Assembly: GCA_964646615.1 (NCBI GenBank)
Contig: CAZYEV010000006.1
Location: 951 to 64,950, forward strand
Source: an uncultured Saprospiraceae bacterium
GTDB lineage: Bacteria > Bacteroidota > Bacteroidia > Chitinophagales > Saprospiraceae
Direction of reading: 5' to 3'
DNA: 64,000 bases
In this document: positions 9,685 through 19,402 of the stretch, one piece after another
How positions within the stretch are numbered: the stretch's first letter is position 1
How the letters are laid out: each line of letters begins with the position of its first letter
The notes under the pieces: model-generated
Databases searched by the model: none
The model's input: only the letters and a program-made list of their open reading frames with translations
Told to the model about the DNA's origin: nothing
Position numbers and translations under genes: made by a program

Positions 9685-10581
9685 TTAGAGGCATCCTAAG
9701 CGCTCCAGTTCCTGTCGGATGAGCGCCTGTCCGGTGTCGGACATGGGTACCAGCGGGAGGCGCACCTCGCGCGAGCAGAGGCCTTGCAGTTCGAGTGCGG
9801 CCTTGACGCCGGACGGGTTGCCCTCAGAGAAGAGCAGGCGATACAGGTCGAGCATCTGCAGGTTGAGGCGTTGGGCCTCGGTGAGGGCGCCGCGCAAGGC
9901 TGCGCGCGTCATGTCGGAGAAGGGCTTGGGCGCTGTGTTGCCAATGACGGAGATGACGCCGTCGCCGCCGCAGGCAATGAGCGGTAAGGTGATGAAGTCG
10001 TCGCCGCTGAGCACGAGAAAGCCCGGGGGGCGTCCTTGCAGGATTTTGCAGACCTGGTAGATGTCATCGCTGGCCTCCTTGATGCCGATGATGCGTTCGT
10101 GGGCATGGGCAATGCGCAGCGTTGTTTCGGCGGCCATGTTCGAGGCTGTTCGGCTGGGCACATTGTAGAGGATGATGGGCCGGGGCGAGGCTTCGGCCAG
10201 CGCCATGTAATGGCGAAAGATGCCTTCCTGGGCAGGCTTGTTGTAGGCTGGGTTGCTGGCTAAGAGGGCGTCAATGCCCTCGAAGTCGAATGCGTGCATG
10301 CGGCGGACAATTTCGCCGGTATTGTTGCCGCCAAAAATGCCCACGACTAAGGGCAGGCGCCCGCGGTTAATGCGGATAGTGAAGTCAATGATCTGGCGCT
10401 GTTCGGTTTCGGACACCGTAACGGACTCGCCTGTGGTGCCGAGGCTGACCAGGAAGTCCACGCCGCCGGCGATGACGTGCTCGATGACTTTTTCCAGGCC
10501 CTCCCAGTCCACGTGGCCGTTTCGGAAGGGGGTAACTAAGGCCACGCCGGTTCCGCGCAGGCGTTCAGGCAGGTTGCTCAT
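9685..10581 (-). CDS. dapA: 4-hydroxy-tetrahydrodipicolinate synthase
   Basis: GTGVALVTPF, LGTTGES and IIGIKEAS (catalytic Lys context). ATG verified. Confidence 0.92.
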   Translation of the reverse strand: MSNLPERLRGTGVALVTPFRNGHVDWEGLEKVIEHVIAGGVDFLVSLGTTGESVTVSETEQRQIIDFTIRINRGRLPLVVGIFGGNNTGEIVRRMHAFDFEGIDALLASNPAYNKPAQEGIFRHYMALAEASPRPIILYNVPSRTASNMAAETTLRIAHAHERIIGIKEASDDIYQVCKILQGRPPGFLVLSGDDFITLPLIACGGDGVISVIGNTAPKPFSDMTRAALRGALTEAQRLNLQMLDLYRLLFSEGNPSGVKAALELQGLCSREVRLPLVPMSDTGQALIRQELERLGCL

Positions 10582-11116
10582 GGTGCACAGGGACGATTTT
10601 GCTCAGGTAATGGGTGGCCTCGCGCAAGAAGAACTGGATGTCCTTCTCAGGGGGTGTTTCGACCACGAGGTCGAAGTCGTGCGGCGGCTCGTTGGTGTTG
10701 CCGATTTTCATGGTGGCCTTCGAGGCGGCCGCTACCCACTGAACGGGTAGCAATTGGCGCGGGTTGAAGCACAGCAACAGGTCGGGTGTTTCGGCCAGGA
10801 AGTGTTCGACGGCTGGCCCCTCCAATCGGCCGCGCCACCCTAAGTCCTGGGCAGTGAACTGTGGGAAGCGGCTTTGCCCGACGGTGTGGGCATCGTCCAC
10901 GAAGGCGAGCACGTGCAGGCGCTTGCGGTGTTCGCGTTCGGTGAAGCCTTCGGCCCACAGGGCCACAATTTTGCGCGTTTCCTCTTCGGAGGCGTCGAAG
11001 AGCAAGGCTACCGAGCGCGCTGTGTCAAAAGTGTGGGGGCGTCGGCGGCGTTTGGAGTGCTCTACCAGCTGGCGGAGCGAGCGGCGGAGCAGGGCCATGC
11101 GCAATCGGTCGAGCAT
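10565..11116 (-). CDS. Conserved hypothetical protein between accA and dapA
   Basis: 183-aa ORF, ATG verified. It overlaps the dapA start by 17 nt and lies 13 nt downstream of accA, so it is probably in the same operon. I recognise no motif. Confidence 0.5.
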   Translation of the reverse strand: MLDRLRMALLRRSLRQLVEHSKRRRRPHTFDTARSVALLFDASEEETRKIVALWAEGFTEREHRKRLHVLAFVDDAHTVGQSRFPQFTAQDLGWRGRLEGPAVEHFLAETPDLLLCFNPRQLLPVQWVAAASKATMKIGNTNEPPHDFDLVVETPPEKDIQFFLREATHYLSKIVPVHHEQPA

Positions 11117-11129
11117 AGGCAGAGGCGTT

Positions 11130-12092
11130 TTAAGAGGCGTTCAGCTCCCGATAGTGGCCCATGCGGCTGTACTTTTCAATGCGCGCAGCAATGCGCGCGT
11201 CGGGGTCCATGGGCGTCAGTTCGGCCAGCTGTTCCAGGATATGGGCTTTGAGGCGGCGGGCCATTTCTTCGGGGTCGTTGTGGGCGCCGCCAAACGGCTC
11301 TTTGAGCACGCCGTCAATGAGGCCGAAGCGGAGCATGTTGTCGGCGTCGAGTTTGAGGGCATCGGCGGCCTGTTCCTTTTGGTCCCACGAGTGCCACAGA
11401 ATGGACGAGCAGGACTCTGGCGAGATAACCGAGTACCAGGTGTACTCAAGCATGAAAACGCGGTCGCCCAACCCGATGCCCAGCGCGCCGCCCGAAGCGC
11501 CCTCGCCGATGATGTAGCACAGGATGGGCACGCGCAACTGTGCCATTTCAAAGAGATTGCGCGCAATGGCTTCGGCCTGCCCGCGCTGCTCGGCCTCAAG
11601 ACCCGGGTAGGCGCCCGGTGTGTCAATGAGCGTAACTACCGGAAAGCCAAAGCGTTCGGCCAGCTTCATCAGGCGCAGCGCCTTGCGGTAACCTTCCGGG
11701 TTGGCCATGCCGAAGTTGCGATATTGGCGCATCTTGGTATTGACGCCCTTTTGGTGCCCGATGATAACAATAGTCTGGCCCTCCAGGTCGGCCATACCTG
11801 CCACAATGGCGTGATCGTCGCCGCTGCAGCGATCGCCGTGCAACTCGATGAACTTGCGGCACATCGTGTTGGCATAAAAGAGGGTGTAGGGCCGCTCCGG
11901 ATGGCGAGACAGCTGCACCTTTTGCCAGCCCGACAGGTTGGCGTAAATCTCCTCGCGCTTTTGCTGGATTTTCGCCTCCAGCTCGCGGATCATGTCCGAC
12001 ACATCTATTTCGCCTTGCTCGCCCACCTCACGCAGCTTTTGCAACTGCTCGTTCAGGGCCTCGAGCGGCTTTTCAAATTCCATAAAAGTCAT
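11130..12092 (-). CDS. accA: Acetyl-CoA carboxylase carboxyltransferase subunit alpha
   Basis: Full-length AccA-like sequence ([29 protein letters not shown]). ATG at 12092; an alternative ATG is at 12083. Confidence 0.93.
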   Translation of the reverse strand: MTFMEFEKPLEALNEQLQKLREVGEQGEIDVSDMIRELEAKIQQKREEIYANLSGWQKVQLSRHPERPYTLFYANTMCRKFIELHGDRCSGDDHAIVAGMADLEGQTIVIIGHQKGVNTKMRQYRNFGMANPEGYRKALRLMKLAERFGFPVVTLIDTPGAYPGLEAEQRGQAEAIARNLFEMAQLRVPILCYIIGEGASGGALGIGLGDRVFMLEYTWYSVISPESCSSILWHSWDQKEQAADALKLDADNMLRFGLIDGVLKEPFGGAHNDPEEMARRLKAHILEQLAELTPMDPDARIAARIEKYSRMGHYRELNAS

Positions 12093-12149
12093 AGCACAGG
12101 CATCGTTGCGTGGTTCATCGTTTCATAGTTCGCAGGCTATACCGGCGGG

Positions 12150-12157
12150 CAAAGGTA
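12150..12157 (-). promoter_or_regulatory. Candidate -7 box (TAccTTTG on the minus strand) for accA
   Basis: The plus-strand caaaggta is the reverse complement of tacctttg, 58 nt upstream of the accA ATG. Confidence 0.35.
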
Positions 12158-12296
12158 CGGCTTGCCCTAAGGAACACGCGGGAAAAGATTTGCCGTTACA
12201 GGGCATAGGCTTTGAAATGGGGTAAACGAGTCGGGAGCTTCGCCTGCGCTAAAAGATTTTTTTTGTTGGCACTTGCACGAGTGAAATCCGTGCCTA

Positions 12297-12304
12297 TACC
12301 TTTG
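12297..12304 (+). promoter_or_regulatory. Candidate -7 box (TAccTTTG) for tRNA-Asp
   Basis: tacctttg ends 18 nt before the tRNA 5' end. A TTG at 12273-12275 gives a 21-nt spacer. Confidence 0.45.
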
Positions 12305-12322
12305 CACCGCTTTTTCCGAAAA

Positions 12323-12396
12323 GGTCTGGTAGTTCAGTCGGTTAGAATGCCGCCCTGTCACGGCGGAGGTCGCGGGTTCGAGTCCCGTCCAGACCG
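12323..12396 (+). tRNA. tRNA-Asp (anticodon GUC)
   Basis: GGTCTGG...CCAGACC acceptor stem, TTCGAGTCC T-loop, and anticodon stem CCGCC/GGCGG with loop CTGTCAC. No encoded CCA. Confidence 0.95.
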
Positions 12397-12407
12397 CGAA
12401 AGACGAG

Positions 12408-12442
12408 ACGCGACGAGTTCCGAAGGGAGCGTCGCGTTTTTT
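12408..12442 (+). terminator. Rho-independent terminator after tRNA-Asp
   Basis: acgcgacg-(14 nt)-cgtcgcgt followed by tttttt. Confidence 0.75.
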
Positions 12443-12626
12443 CATTAGGAAGTTTTTTGTTTTTTGGGCTACGGCCATTTTGCCCTTTGGCGGGTAGCGC
12501 GCGCATCAGCGCCGTTTTCAGGAAGACCCGCCCGTGTCGTTGGGAAACCGCTTGCGCTTCAAGGCGCTCTCCTTCCCCATGAGTGGTCAAGCCCGCATTT
12601 CGACACTTGTTTTTTTACCTTTTTTC

Positions 12627-14321
12627 ATGACAGACTTTAAAGAAATGGGCCTCTCGGAGGCCCTGCTTCAGGGCATTGCCGCCCTGGGCTTTGAAACCCC
12701 AACGCCCATTCAGCAGCAGGTCATTCCGGTGGCGCTGCAATCGGACGACGACATTGTGGCCCTGGCTCAGACGGGCACGGGCAAAACGGCGGCCTTTGGC
12801 TTGCCACTGTTGCAGCGCATCCGGCCCGAAGACAAACACGTGCAGGCCGTGGTGCTGTGCCCCACGCGCGAGCTGTGCGTTCAGGTAACCAACGACCTGG
12901 CCAACTATACCCGTTTTGCCGAGCGCTACAAGGTGGTAGCCGTGTACGGCGGCGCCAGCATCGAAACCCAGATACGCCAGATACGCTCCGGCGCCCACAT
13001 CATCGTGGCCACACCGGGCCGATTGGTGGACCTGCTGGTGCGCCAGGCCGTAGCGTTGGACAAGGTGTCGCGCGTGGTACTCGACGAAGCCGACGAGATG
13101 CTCAACATGGGCTTCCGCGATGCCGTGGATATCATCCTGGAGGCCGCCGAAAACCGCCAATCGCTGTGGCTCTTCTCCGCCACCATGCCCGATGAGGTGC
13201 GCGCCATTGCAGATACGTACATGCGCAAGCCCATTGAAATCGGCGTTGCTACGCGCCAGCAGGCCAATGCCGACATCGAACACACCTATTACATCTGCCG
13301 CCCTGAGCACCGCTACGACGCGCTCAAGCGCGTGGTGGATGCGCATCCGGGCATCTATGGCCTGGTGTTTTGCCGCACGCGCGCGGAGACCAAAGAAATC
13401 GCCGAGCAAATGATCCGCGACGGCTATAATGCCGATGCCCTGCATGGCGACCTGTCGCAAAGCGACCGCGACCGCGTGATGCAGCGCTTCCGCGAACGCC
13501 ACTTGCAGCTGCTGGTGGCCACCGACGTGGCTGCCCGAGGCATTGACGTGAGCGACATCTCCCACGTCATCAACTACGGCTTGCCCGATGAACCGGAGGT
13601 GTACATCCACCGCGCCGGTCGCACTGGTCGAGCCGGTCGCAAAGGGGTGTCCATCAGCATCATCACGCCCAAAATGGAAGAGCGCATCCGACTCATCGAG
13701 CGCCGCGCCCGCATCGCCTTCACCCGAAAACCCATACCCACCGGCCCGGAGGTGTGCGAACGCCAGCTGTTCCACATCATTCAGAACATCCGCGAACAGG
13801 AAGTGCAGCGCGACCAGATAGCGCCCTTCCTGCCCCAAATCTTCGAGGCCCTGCGCGACCTGACCAAAGAGGAACTCATCGAGCGCTTTGCCAGCACGGA
13901 GTTCAACCGCTTCTTAGCCTACTACCGCAATGCCACCGACATCAACGTGGGCAGCCACCGCCAGCGCGGCGACCGCCCCAGCCATGGCGAACGCGCTCAG
14001 GCATCGGGCAGCGCCGGTCAGCAGCGCCTGTTCATCAACGTCGGCCATATGGATGGCATCCAGAAAAAAGACCTGCTCTCCCTGCTCACCAGCGAATTTC
14101 GCATCCCCAAGCACGCCATCGGAAAGGTGGACGTCAAGCGCACCCACACGCTCTTAGACATAGACGCCGCCTTCGTACGCGACGTACGCCGCGGACTGGA
14201 AGCCTTCGACGTCAATGGCCGCCGCATCCGCGTCAACGAGGACAACGGCCCCAGCCACGACAAGGCACCGCGCGACAAAAAGAAAAAGCGCCACAGCAAA
14301 ACACCTGTAGCGCTTTTCTAA
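12627..14321 (+). CDS. DEAD-box ATP-dependent RNA helicase (DeaD/CsdA-like with a DbpA-type C-terminal domain and a basic tail)
   Basis: Q motif GFETPTPIQ, AQTGTGKT, VLDEADEML, SAT and HRAGRTGRAG. The C-terminus has a DbpA-like fold and KKKKRHSK. ATG verified at 12627. Confidence 0.9.
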   Translation: MTDFKEMGLSEALLQGIAALGFETPTPIQQQVIPVALQSDDDIVALAQTGTGKTAAFGLPLLQRIRPEDKHVQAVVLCPTRELCVQVTNDLANYTRFAERYKVVAVYGGASIETQIRQIRSGAHIIVATPGRLVDLLVRQAVALDKVSRVVLDEADEMLNMGFRDAVDIILEAAENRQSLWLFSATMPDEVRAIADTYMRKPIEIGVATRQQANADIEHTYYICRPEHRYDALKRVVDAHPGIYGLVFCRTRAETKEIAEQMIRDGYNADALHGDLSQSDRDRVMQRFRERHLQLLVATDVAARGIDVSDISHVINYGLPDEPEVYIHRAGRTGRAGRKGVSISIITPKMEERIRLIERRARIAFTRKPIPTGPEVCERQLFHIIQNIREQEVQRDQIAPFLPQIFEALRDLTKEELIERFASTEFNRFLAYYRNATDINVGSHRQRGDRPSHGERAQASGSAGQQRLFINVGHMDGIQKKDLLSLLTSEFRIPKHAIGKVDVKRTHTLLDIDAAFVRDVRRGLEAFDVNGRRIRVNEDNGPSHDKAPRDKKKKRHSKTPVALF

Positions 14322-14342
14322 ACACCATACGCACCATAGACC

Positions 14343-14384
14343 CTGCCCGCCGACGCCGTTTGCGCGCTGGCGGGCAGTTTTTTT
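14343..14384 (+). terminator. Rho-independent terminator of the helicase gene
   Basis: ctgcccgcc-(17 nt)-ggcgggcag followed by 7 T. It abuts the stop of the convergent gene. Confidence 0.75.
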
Positions 14385-15144
14385 AGAAAAAGATGCCCAA
14401 CCGCAAGGTGATGGCGTTGGCCGTAGCGCGCGCGTTTTCGCGGCGCCACTCCGTAGCGTTCGGCGGCAGTACGGAGCCTTTATTCGTCGTCATGTCGGTA
14501 AAAATCTGCTGAAACTGCAGGCCGCCTACCGCCGTGATGCTCTGGCTGAGCTCGTATTCGACACCCAGGCCGAAGCCCCAGGACAGGGCCAGATTGGTTA
14601 CATCGCGCTTGATGTTCTCATCTTCCCCGCGTACAGGTACGTTACCGCGGAGGTTGCCGTTGGCGCGGGTCAGAAAGCCCAGGGTGAAAATGGGTGCCTC
14701 TGCGTAAATGCGCAAAGGCGAGTCTTCGCCACTGCCGCCTCGAAAGCGCAGGCTAACGGGTATTTCAACGTAGCGCAGGCTGTAATGCACACGGGCGTCT
14801 TTGCTCAGGGTGTCCAGACGCGGGTCGCTCAGGTTGGAGTTGGGCAGCAACACCGCCCGCGGATAGCCGTTGAGCAACTCGCCACCATGGCCAAAAGCCA
14901 GACCCAGCCCGCCGGTAATGGCGTAGTTGGTAGCGAAATAGTACTCACCCTGAACGCCCATTTTGAGGCCCCAATTGACGCCCGTGCCCTCGAGCAACTT
15001 GTCGTCGGTGCGCATCCACGACCACGTCGGGCTGGTGTGGATGCCAAAGCGGAAGGAGGGGCGTTGTTGCTGCGACCATTGCGCATGGGCGCGCCCGAGC
15101 CACAGGCCCAGCGATAAGAAGAGCAGAAGTGAAATTTTTTTCAT
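14383..15144 (-). CDS. Outer-membrane beta-barrel (porin-family) protein
   Basis: Signal peptide MKKISLLLFLSLGLWLGRAHAQ, alternating beta-strand pattern and C-terminal ...LRLGIFF. ATG verified at 15144. Confidence 0.65.
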   Translation of the reverse strand: MKKISLLLFLSLGLWLGRAHAQWSQQQRPSFRFGIHTSPTWSWMRTDDKLLEGTGVNWGLKMGVQGEYYFATNYAITGGLGLAFGHGGELLNGYPRAVLLPNSNLSDPRLDTLSKDARVHYSLRYVEIPVSLRFRGGSGEDSPLRIYAEAPIFTLGFLTRANGNLRGNVPVRGEDENIKRDVTNLALSWGFGLGVEYELSQSITAVGGLQFQQIFTDMTTNKGSVLPPNATEWRRENARATANAITLRLGIFF

Positions 15145-15227
15145 CGCGTGCAGTTTTTTTGTGCCGTGAAAAAGGCGAAGCCTCGCCAATACCGGCGCGA
15201 AAATCGCAGCTTTTTCCTCTGACAAAT

Positions 15228-16229
15228 ATGACCTCTGGATTTTTTAAAAAAGCCGCCTTGCTGGCAGCGCTTGTTTTGAGCCTGCTGGCCTGCCAGGATG
15301 ACCCACCGCCCATTGCGCTGCTGCGCTTCGACGAAGACCTCATGGCCCTCGACTCCACCCGCCTGCAAGAGGGCATGGAGCAACTGGCACGCAAGTACCC
15401 AGACTTTCTGCCTTTCTTCCTGACAGAAATCGCCCACAACCCGGAAAACCCTAACGAGACACCCCAGGAGGCCTTAGTGGGCTTTGCCTTTGCGCCCCAA
15501 ATTCGCCGTCTGCACGACTCTTGCCGCGCAGTTTTTCCCAATTTGGATGAGCAGGAGATCGCCCTGGCACGTCTGGCACAGCGCTACGCGAAGCTCTTTC
15601 CCAGCCGGCCGCCGTTGCGCTTTGTAACCGTCGTTACAGAGTTCGTTGGCGACGCCTATGCCGTCAACGACAGCCTCGTCATGATCGGTCTGGACATGTT
15701 TTTGGGTGAAAACTTCAGCGGCTACGACCCACAATACTTTCCCCAGTACCTGCGGCGGCAGTTTTCCAAAGAATACCTGCCAGTGAAGGTTGGCCTGGCT
15801 TTAGCCAGCCGCATCGTAGGGCCGCCGCATCAGGAGCGCATTTTAGATTACATGGTGAACAACGGCAAGATTTTGTACGTACTGGATCAGTTGCTGCCCG
15901 ATGAGCCGGAGTATCGAAAAATGGGATACACCGAAGAGCAACTGGCCGGCTGCTACGCTAACGAGGCCGAAGTGTGGGCGCGCCTGCTGGAACTGAAAGT
16001 GCTCTACGAGCCGCTTACGCACCGCAATCAGAAGCTCGTCATGCCCAGCCCGGCCACAGAAATGGTCTTCCAGGAGGCGCCGGGCGAAATTGGCAACTGG
16101 GTAGGCTGGCAAATCGTCAAAGCCTACATGCGCCGCCACCCCCAAACGACACTGGACGAACTGATCAACTTTCGCGACAGCCAGCGGTTGTTAGAACTGT
16201 CCAAATACAAACCCAAACGCACAGACTGA
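15228..16229 (+). CDS. gldB: Gliding-motility lipoprotein GldB-like
   Basis: Lipoprotein signal ...LSLLAC, size about 330 aa. The DSLVMIGLDMFLGENFSGYDPQYFPQYLRRQF and NWVGWQIVKAYM regions resemble GldB. ATG verified at 15228. Confidence 0.6.
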   Translation: MTSGFFKKAALLAALVLSLLACQDDPPPIALLRFDEDLMALDSTRLQEGMEQLARKYPDFLPFFLTEIAHNPENPNETPQEALVGFAFAPQIRRLHDSCRAVFPNLDEQEIALARLAQRYAKLFPSRPPLRFVTVVTEFVGDAYAVNDSLVMIGLDMFLGENFSGYDPQYFPQYLRRQFSKEYLPVKVGLALASRIVGPPHQERILDYMVNNGKILYVLDQLLPDEPEYRKMGYTEEQLAGCYANEAEVWARLLELKVLYEPLTHRNQKLVMPSPATEMVFQEAPGEIGNWVGWQIVKAYMRRHPQTTLDELINFRDSQRLLELSKYKPKRTD

Positions 16230-17989
16230 TGGCTCGCACGTTCGCTCTTTGGCAAACAGCAGGCCGTTGCTTAACAGCGGTGTTGTGCCTGTGGGCGGCA
16301 ATGGCGCCAGCACAGTCGGAAGCGCCCACCTTTGAGGTGCGTGGCCCGCGCCGCGAGGTAACCGAAGGAACACGATTTGAGGTTTCTTTTGTATTAAAAA
16401 ACGAAACCGCGCAGCGTTTCATCCCGCCCGATTTTGGCGGCCTGACGGTGCGCACCGGCCCGGCCGAAGTGCGCAGCGCGGGCTTCACCCAGGGCAAGGC
16501 CTACATGCAACAGTCGTGGGTGTATGAACTGGAAGCCGGCAGCGCAGGCAGCTACACCATTGGGCCGGCAACGGCGCAAACCGCCCAGCGCAATTTCCGC
16601 AGCCAGCCGCTGACGGTGCGCGTGGTCAAGTCCTCTGTGCGTCGCCCCAAGAAAGGCGGCACCACTGTCGAAGAGCCTTACTTTGTTGTGGCCGACGTGC
16701 TGCCCGAACGGGCGTGGCTGGGCCAGCAAATGCTCTATCGTCTGCGCCTCTTCACTCAAGTGGGCGTGTCGGAAGCTGACTTAATCGAATTGCCCTCTTT
16801 CGAGGGCTTCTACGTGCTGGAGCGCCGCCGCTACGACACGCGCGTGCAACGCGAAAAGGTGAGCGGCAAAACCTACGCCGTGCGCACGCTGTACGAGGCA
16901 TCGCTCTTTGCCCAGCGCACGGGAATGCTTGCCATCGGCCCGGCACGCCTGCGGCTAATGATAGAAGGGCGCGAGCGCAGTCTGCTGGGTGGCACGCCCG
17001 CCATTGTCGCTGCCAACACCGTCTCGGCAGAAATACGGCCCCTGCCCGAGCCACAGCCCGAGCACTTCTGCGGCGTCGTCGGCCAATACGAATGGACAGT
17101 CACGGCCGATAAGCAAACGCTGACCACCGACGATGCCCTCACGCTAACGGTGCGTATCCAGGGCAACGGCGACACGCGCCGCTTCATCAACCCGCGCCTC
17201 GAAGTACCCTCCGGCCTCGAAGCCTTCGACCCCGAAGTGCGCGAACAGGAAGAATACGAAACAGGCGATGAGTTTGTCCACCGCCGCACGCTCACCTATG
17301 CCATCCTGCCCAAAGAGCCGGGTACCTACCTCTTTACGCCCGAAATGACCTTCTTCCACCCCGATAGCGGCAACTACCAGACGTTGCGCGCAGAAAAGCC
17401 CGTCGAAATCGTCGTCGCGCCGGGTGCGAACTACGGAAAAGCCGCACCTCCTCCCGAAACAACGGGTACGCTGCCTCCACCGGAAGAACCCGGCTGGTGG
17501 GAAGAGATTGAGGCTGCACCTCCCACCTGGGTGCTGGGCATGGCCGGCATTGCAGCGCTGCTCGTGCTGGCCTGGTTAGCCGCGCTGCTGTGGCAACGCC
17601 AGCGACGAAAACCTCCCACAACAGACCCAGCCCTGGAGAGCAATTTCGCCTATACGTTGCCCGATAGTCATACGCTCAACACGCAACTCCAGCGGCTGCG
17701 CCAGCGCCTACCCGATGGGCCGCCCGAAGCCTTCTACCGGGACCTGCTGCGGTGGCTGGAAGGCGCCGTAGCCGCCTACCTGCGCGTGCCATCATTCATG
17801 CTGAGCCGACACGTCGCTCTGGAGCAGCTGACCGCTCGCGGAGTGCCTCCTGCTACCGTTGAGGCCATCGCCGAGGTGTGGGAACGCTGCGAACGCGCCG
17901 TCTATGCCCACGTGGCTTCGCCAGAAGACATGCGAACGTCCTGGGAAAAGGCGCACATGGTCTGGAAGACCCTGAGTGGCAAAAGCTGA
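16229..17989 (+). CDS. batD: BatD-family (oxygen-tolerance) protein
   Basis: Signal peptide, repeated Ig-like BatD modules (FEVRGPRREVTEGTRFEVSFVL...), one C-terminal TM segment (WVLGMAGIAALLVLAWLAALLW) and a helical tail. The ATG at 16229 overlaps the gldB TGA (TGATG). Confidence 0.7.
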   Translation: MARTFALWQTAGRCLTAVLCLWAAMAPAQSEAPTFEVRGPRREVTEGTRFEVSFVLKNETAQRFIPPDFGGLTVRTGPAEVRSAGFTQGKAYMQQSWVYELEAGSAGSYTIGPATAQTAQRNFRSQPLTVRVVKSSVRRPKKGGTTVEEPYFVVADVLPERAWLGQQMLYRLRLFTQVGVSEADLIELPSFEGFYVLERRRYDTRVQREKVSGKTYAVRTLYEASLFAQRTGMLAIGPARLRLMIEGRERSLLGGTPAIVAANTVSAEIRPLPEPQPEHFCGVVGQYEWTVTADKQTLTTDDALTLTVRIQGNGDTRRFINPRLEVPSGLEAFDPEVREQEEYETGDEFVHRRTLTYAILPKEPGTYLFTPEMTFFHPDSGNYQTLRAEKPVEIVVAPGANYGKAAPPPETTGTLPPPEEPGWWEEIEAAPPTWVLGMAGIAALLVLAWLAALLWQRQRRKPPTTDPALESNFAYTLPDSHTLNTQLQRLRQRLPDGPPEAFYRDLLRWLEGAVAAYLRVPSFMLSRHVALEQLTARGVPPATVEAIAEVWERCERAVYAHVASPEDMRTSWEKAHMVWKTLSGKS

Positions 17990-17992
17990 GCG

Positions 17993-18673
17993 CTACGGCG
18001 CCCACCGCGAACAAATCGGGCATTTCTGCGGGTCGTGCCCCCGCGCCGGGCAGTATTCGCGACCAAAGTAGATGATCTGCAGGTGCAGCTTGTTCCAGCT
18101 CTCCTTCGGGAATACCGCCTTGAGGTCGCGCTCGGTCTGTTCCACACTTTTACCGCTGCTGAGGCCCCAGCGCGCCGCCAGCCGGTGGATGTGCGTATCC
18201 ACCGGAAAAGCCGGCTCGCCAAAAGCCTGCGACATGACCACCGAAGCCGTTTTGTGCCCCACTCCCGGCAGTGCTTCCAGTTCCTCAAACGTACGCGGTA
18301 CCTGGCCTCCGTGCTCTTCCGCAATGCGGCGCGAAAGCTCCCAGATGGCTTTCGACTTGGAAGGCGACAGGCCGCAGGGCTTGATGATCTCGCGAATTTC
18401 ATCCACGCTCAGGCGGATCATGTCTTGCGGCGTGCGGGCGCGGGCAAAGAGGTGCGGCGTTACCTGATTGACGCGCTCGTCGGTGCACTGGGCCGATAGT
18501 ACTACCGCCACCAACAGTGTGTAGGGGTCGTCGTGATGCAGCGGGATGGGCACTTCAGGGTATAGCTCATCCAGGATGCGCTGAATCTCCGCAGCCTTTT
18601 CGCGCAGTGCTTTGGAAGGTTTGGGCGATTTTTTCGAGGTTGCGTTGAGCGTTTTCTTCTTTGCGTCCGCCAT
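17993..18673 (-). CDS. nth: Endonuclease III
   Basis: DPYTLLVAVVLSAQCTDERVN, HhH-GPD motif LPGVGHKTASVV, and a C-terminal Cys cluster C..C..C for the 4Fe-4S centre. Confidence 0.9.
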   Translation of the reverse strand: MADAKKKTLNATSKKSPKPSKALREKAAEIQRILDELYPEVPIPLHHDDPYTLLVAVVLSAQCTDERVNQVTPHLFARARTPQDMIRLSVDEIREIIKPCGLSPSKSKAIWELSRRIAEEHGGQVPRTFEELEALPGVGHKTASVVMSQAFGEPAFPVDTHIHRLAARWGLSSGKSVEQTERDLKAVFPKESWNKLHLQIIYFGREYCPARGHDPQKCPICSRWAP

Positions 18674-18679
18674 ATCTGT

Positions 18680-19330
18680 TCAGAACAGCCCGTGCAGTTC
18701 GGCCTGTACCATTTCCAAAACACGACTCGCATGTTCGGGGTTGTGCTGGAAGTCCATCTGATCCACGTTAATGATGAGCAAGCGCCCATCCTTGTACGTG
18801 GTGATCCATTGCTCATAGCGCTCGTTGAGGCGCTTGAGGTACTCGATGCTGATGTTGCCCTCGTAGTCGCGCCCGCGTTTTTGGATGTGTTCCACCAGCG
18901 TAGGGATGTTGGCGCGCAAATAGATGAGCAAATCGGGCGGGCGCACCTGCGAAATGATGGACTGAAACAGATGGATGTAGTTCTCAAAGTCGCGCCGTTC
19001 CATCAAGCCCATATCGGCCAGATTGGGGGCAAAAATGTAGGCATCTTCGTAAATGGTGCGGTCCTGGATGACCGTGCGATTGCCCTGCTGAATGCGCAGC
19101 ATTTGCTGGTAGCGGCTCGACAGGAAGAAGACCTGCAGGTTGAACGACCAGCGCCGCATGTCCAAATAGAAGTCGGCCAGATAGGGGTTGTTCTCCGTGT
19201 CTTCGTAGTGGACGTCCCAGCCATAGTGGCGGGCGAGCATTTCGCTGAGGGTAGTTTTGCCGGCGCCAATATTGCCGGCGATGGCGATGTGTTTGATGCG
19301 CGGCTTGTCGGAGGGAAGGTTGCCTGTCAT
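18680..19330 (-). CDS. Deoxynucleoside kinase
   Basis: P-loop IAIAGNIGAGKTTL, the ENPYL/FY region and DR(S/T)IYED motif of dNK/dGK-family kinases. Confidence 0.8.
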   Translation of the reverse strand: MTGNLPSDKPRIKHIAIAGNIGAGKTTLSEMLARHYGWDVHYEDTENNPYLADFYLDMRRWSFNLQVFFLSSRYQQMLRIQQGNRTVIQDRTIYEDAYIFAPNLADMGLMERRDFENYIHLFQSIISQVRPPDLLIYLRANIPTLVEHIQKRGRDYEGNISIEYLKRLNERYEQWITTYKDGRLLIINVDQMDFQHNPEHASRVLEMVQAELHGLF

Positions 19331-19376
19331 TCCCAGTATGTTTGTGCAGCGGCGAAGGTAGGCAAGCCCCCCGTAA

Positions 19377-19394
19377 CCGCCAAACTTGTTTGGC
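19377..19394. repeat. REP-like imperfect palindrome, copy A of locus 2
   Basis: ccgccaaacttgtttggc. It lies inside a 26-nt exact match (19369-19394) to the reverse complement of 46643-46668. Confidence 0.85.
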
Positions 19395-19402
19395 TACGTG
19401 GC

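Noticed and set aside
10764-12128. 454-aa ORF on the plus strand
   Set aside because: It is antisense to accA and the downstream hypothetical gene. accA is unambiguous and the antisense product has no motifs.
12323-12396. tRNA-Asp as an integration hotspot or genomic-island border
   Set aside because: No integrase, no direct repeat of the tRNA 3' end and no compositional break are seen downstream. The next gene is a housekeeping DEAD-box helicase.
12615-13838. 407-aa ORF on the minus strand
   Set aside because: It is antisense to the DEAD-box helicase, whose motifs (Q, I, II DEAD, III SAT, VI) are all in the plus frame.
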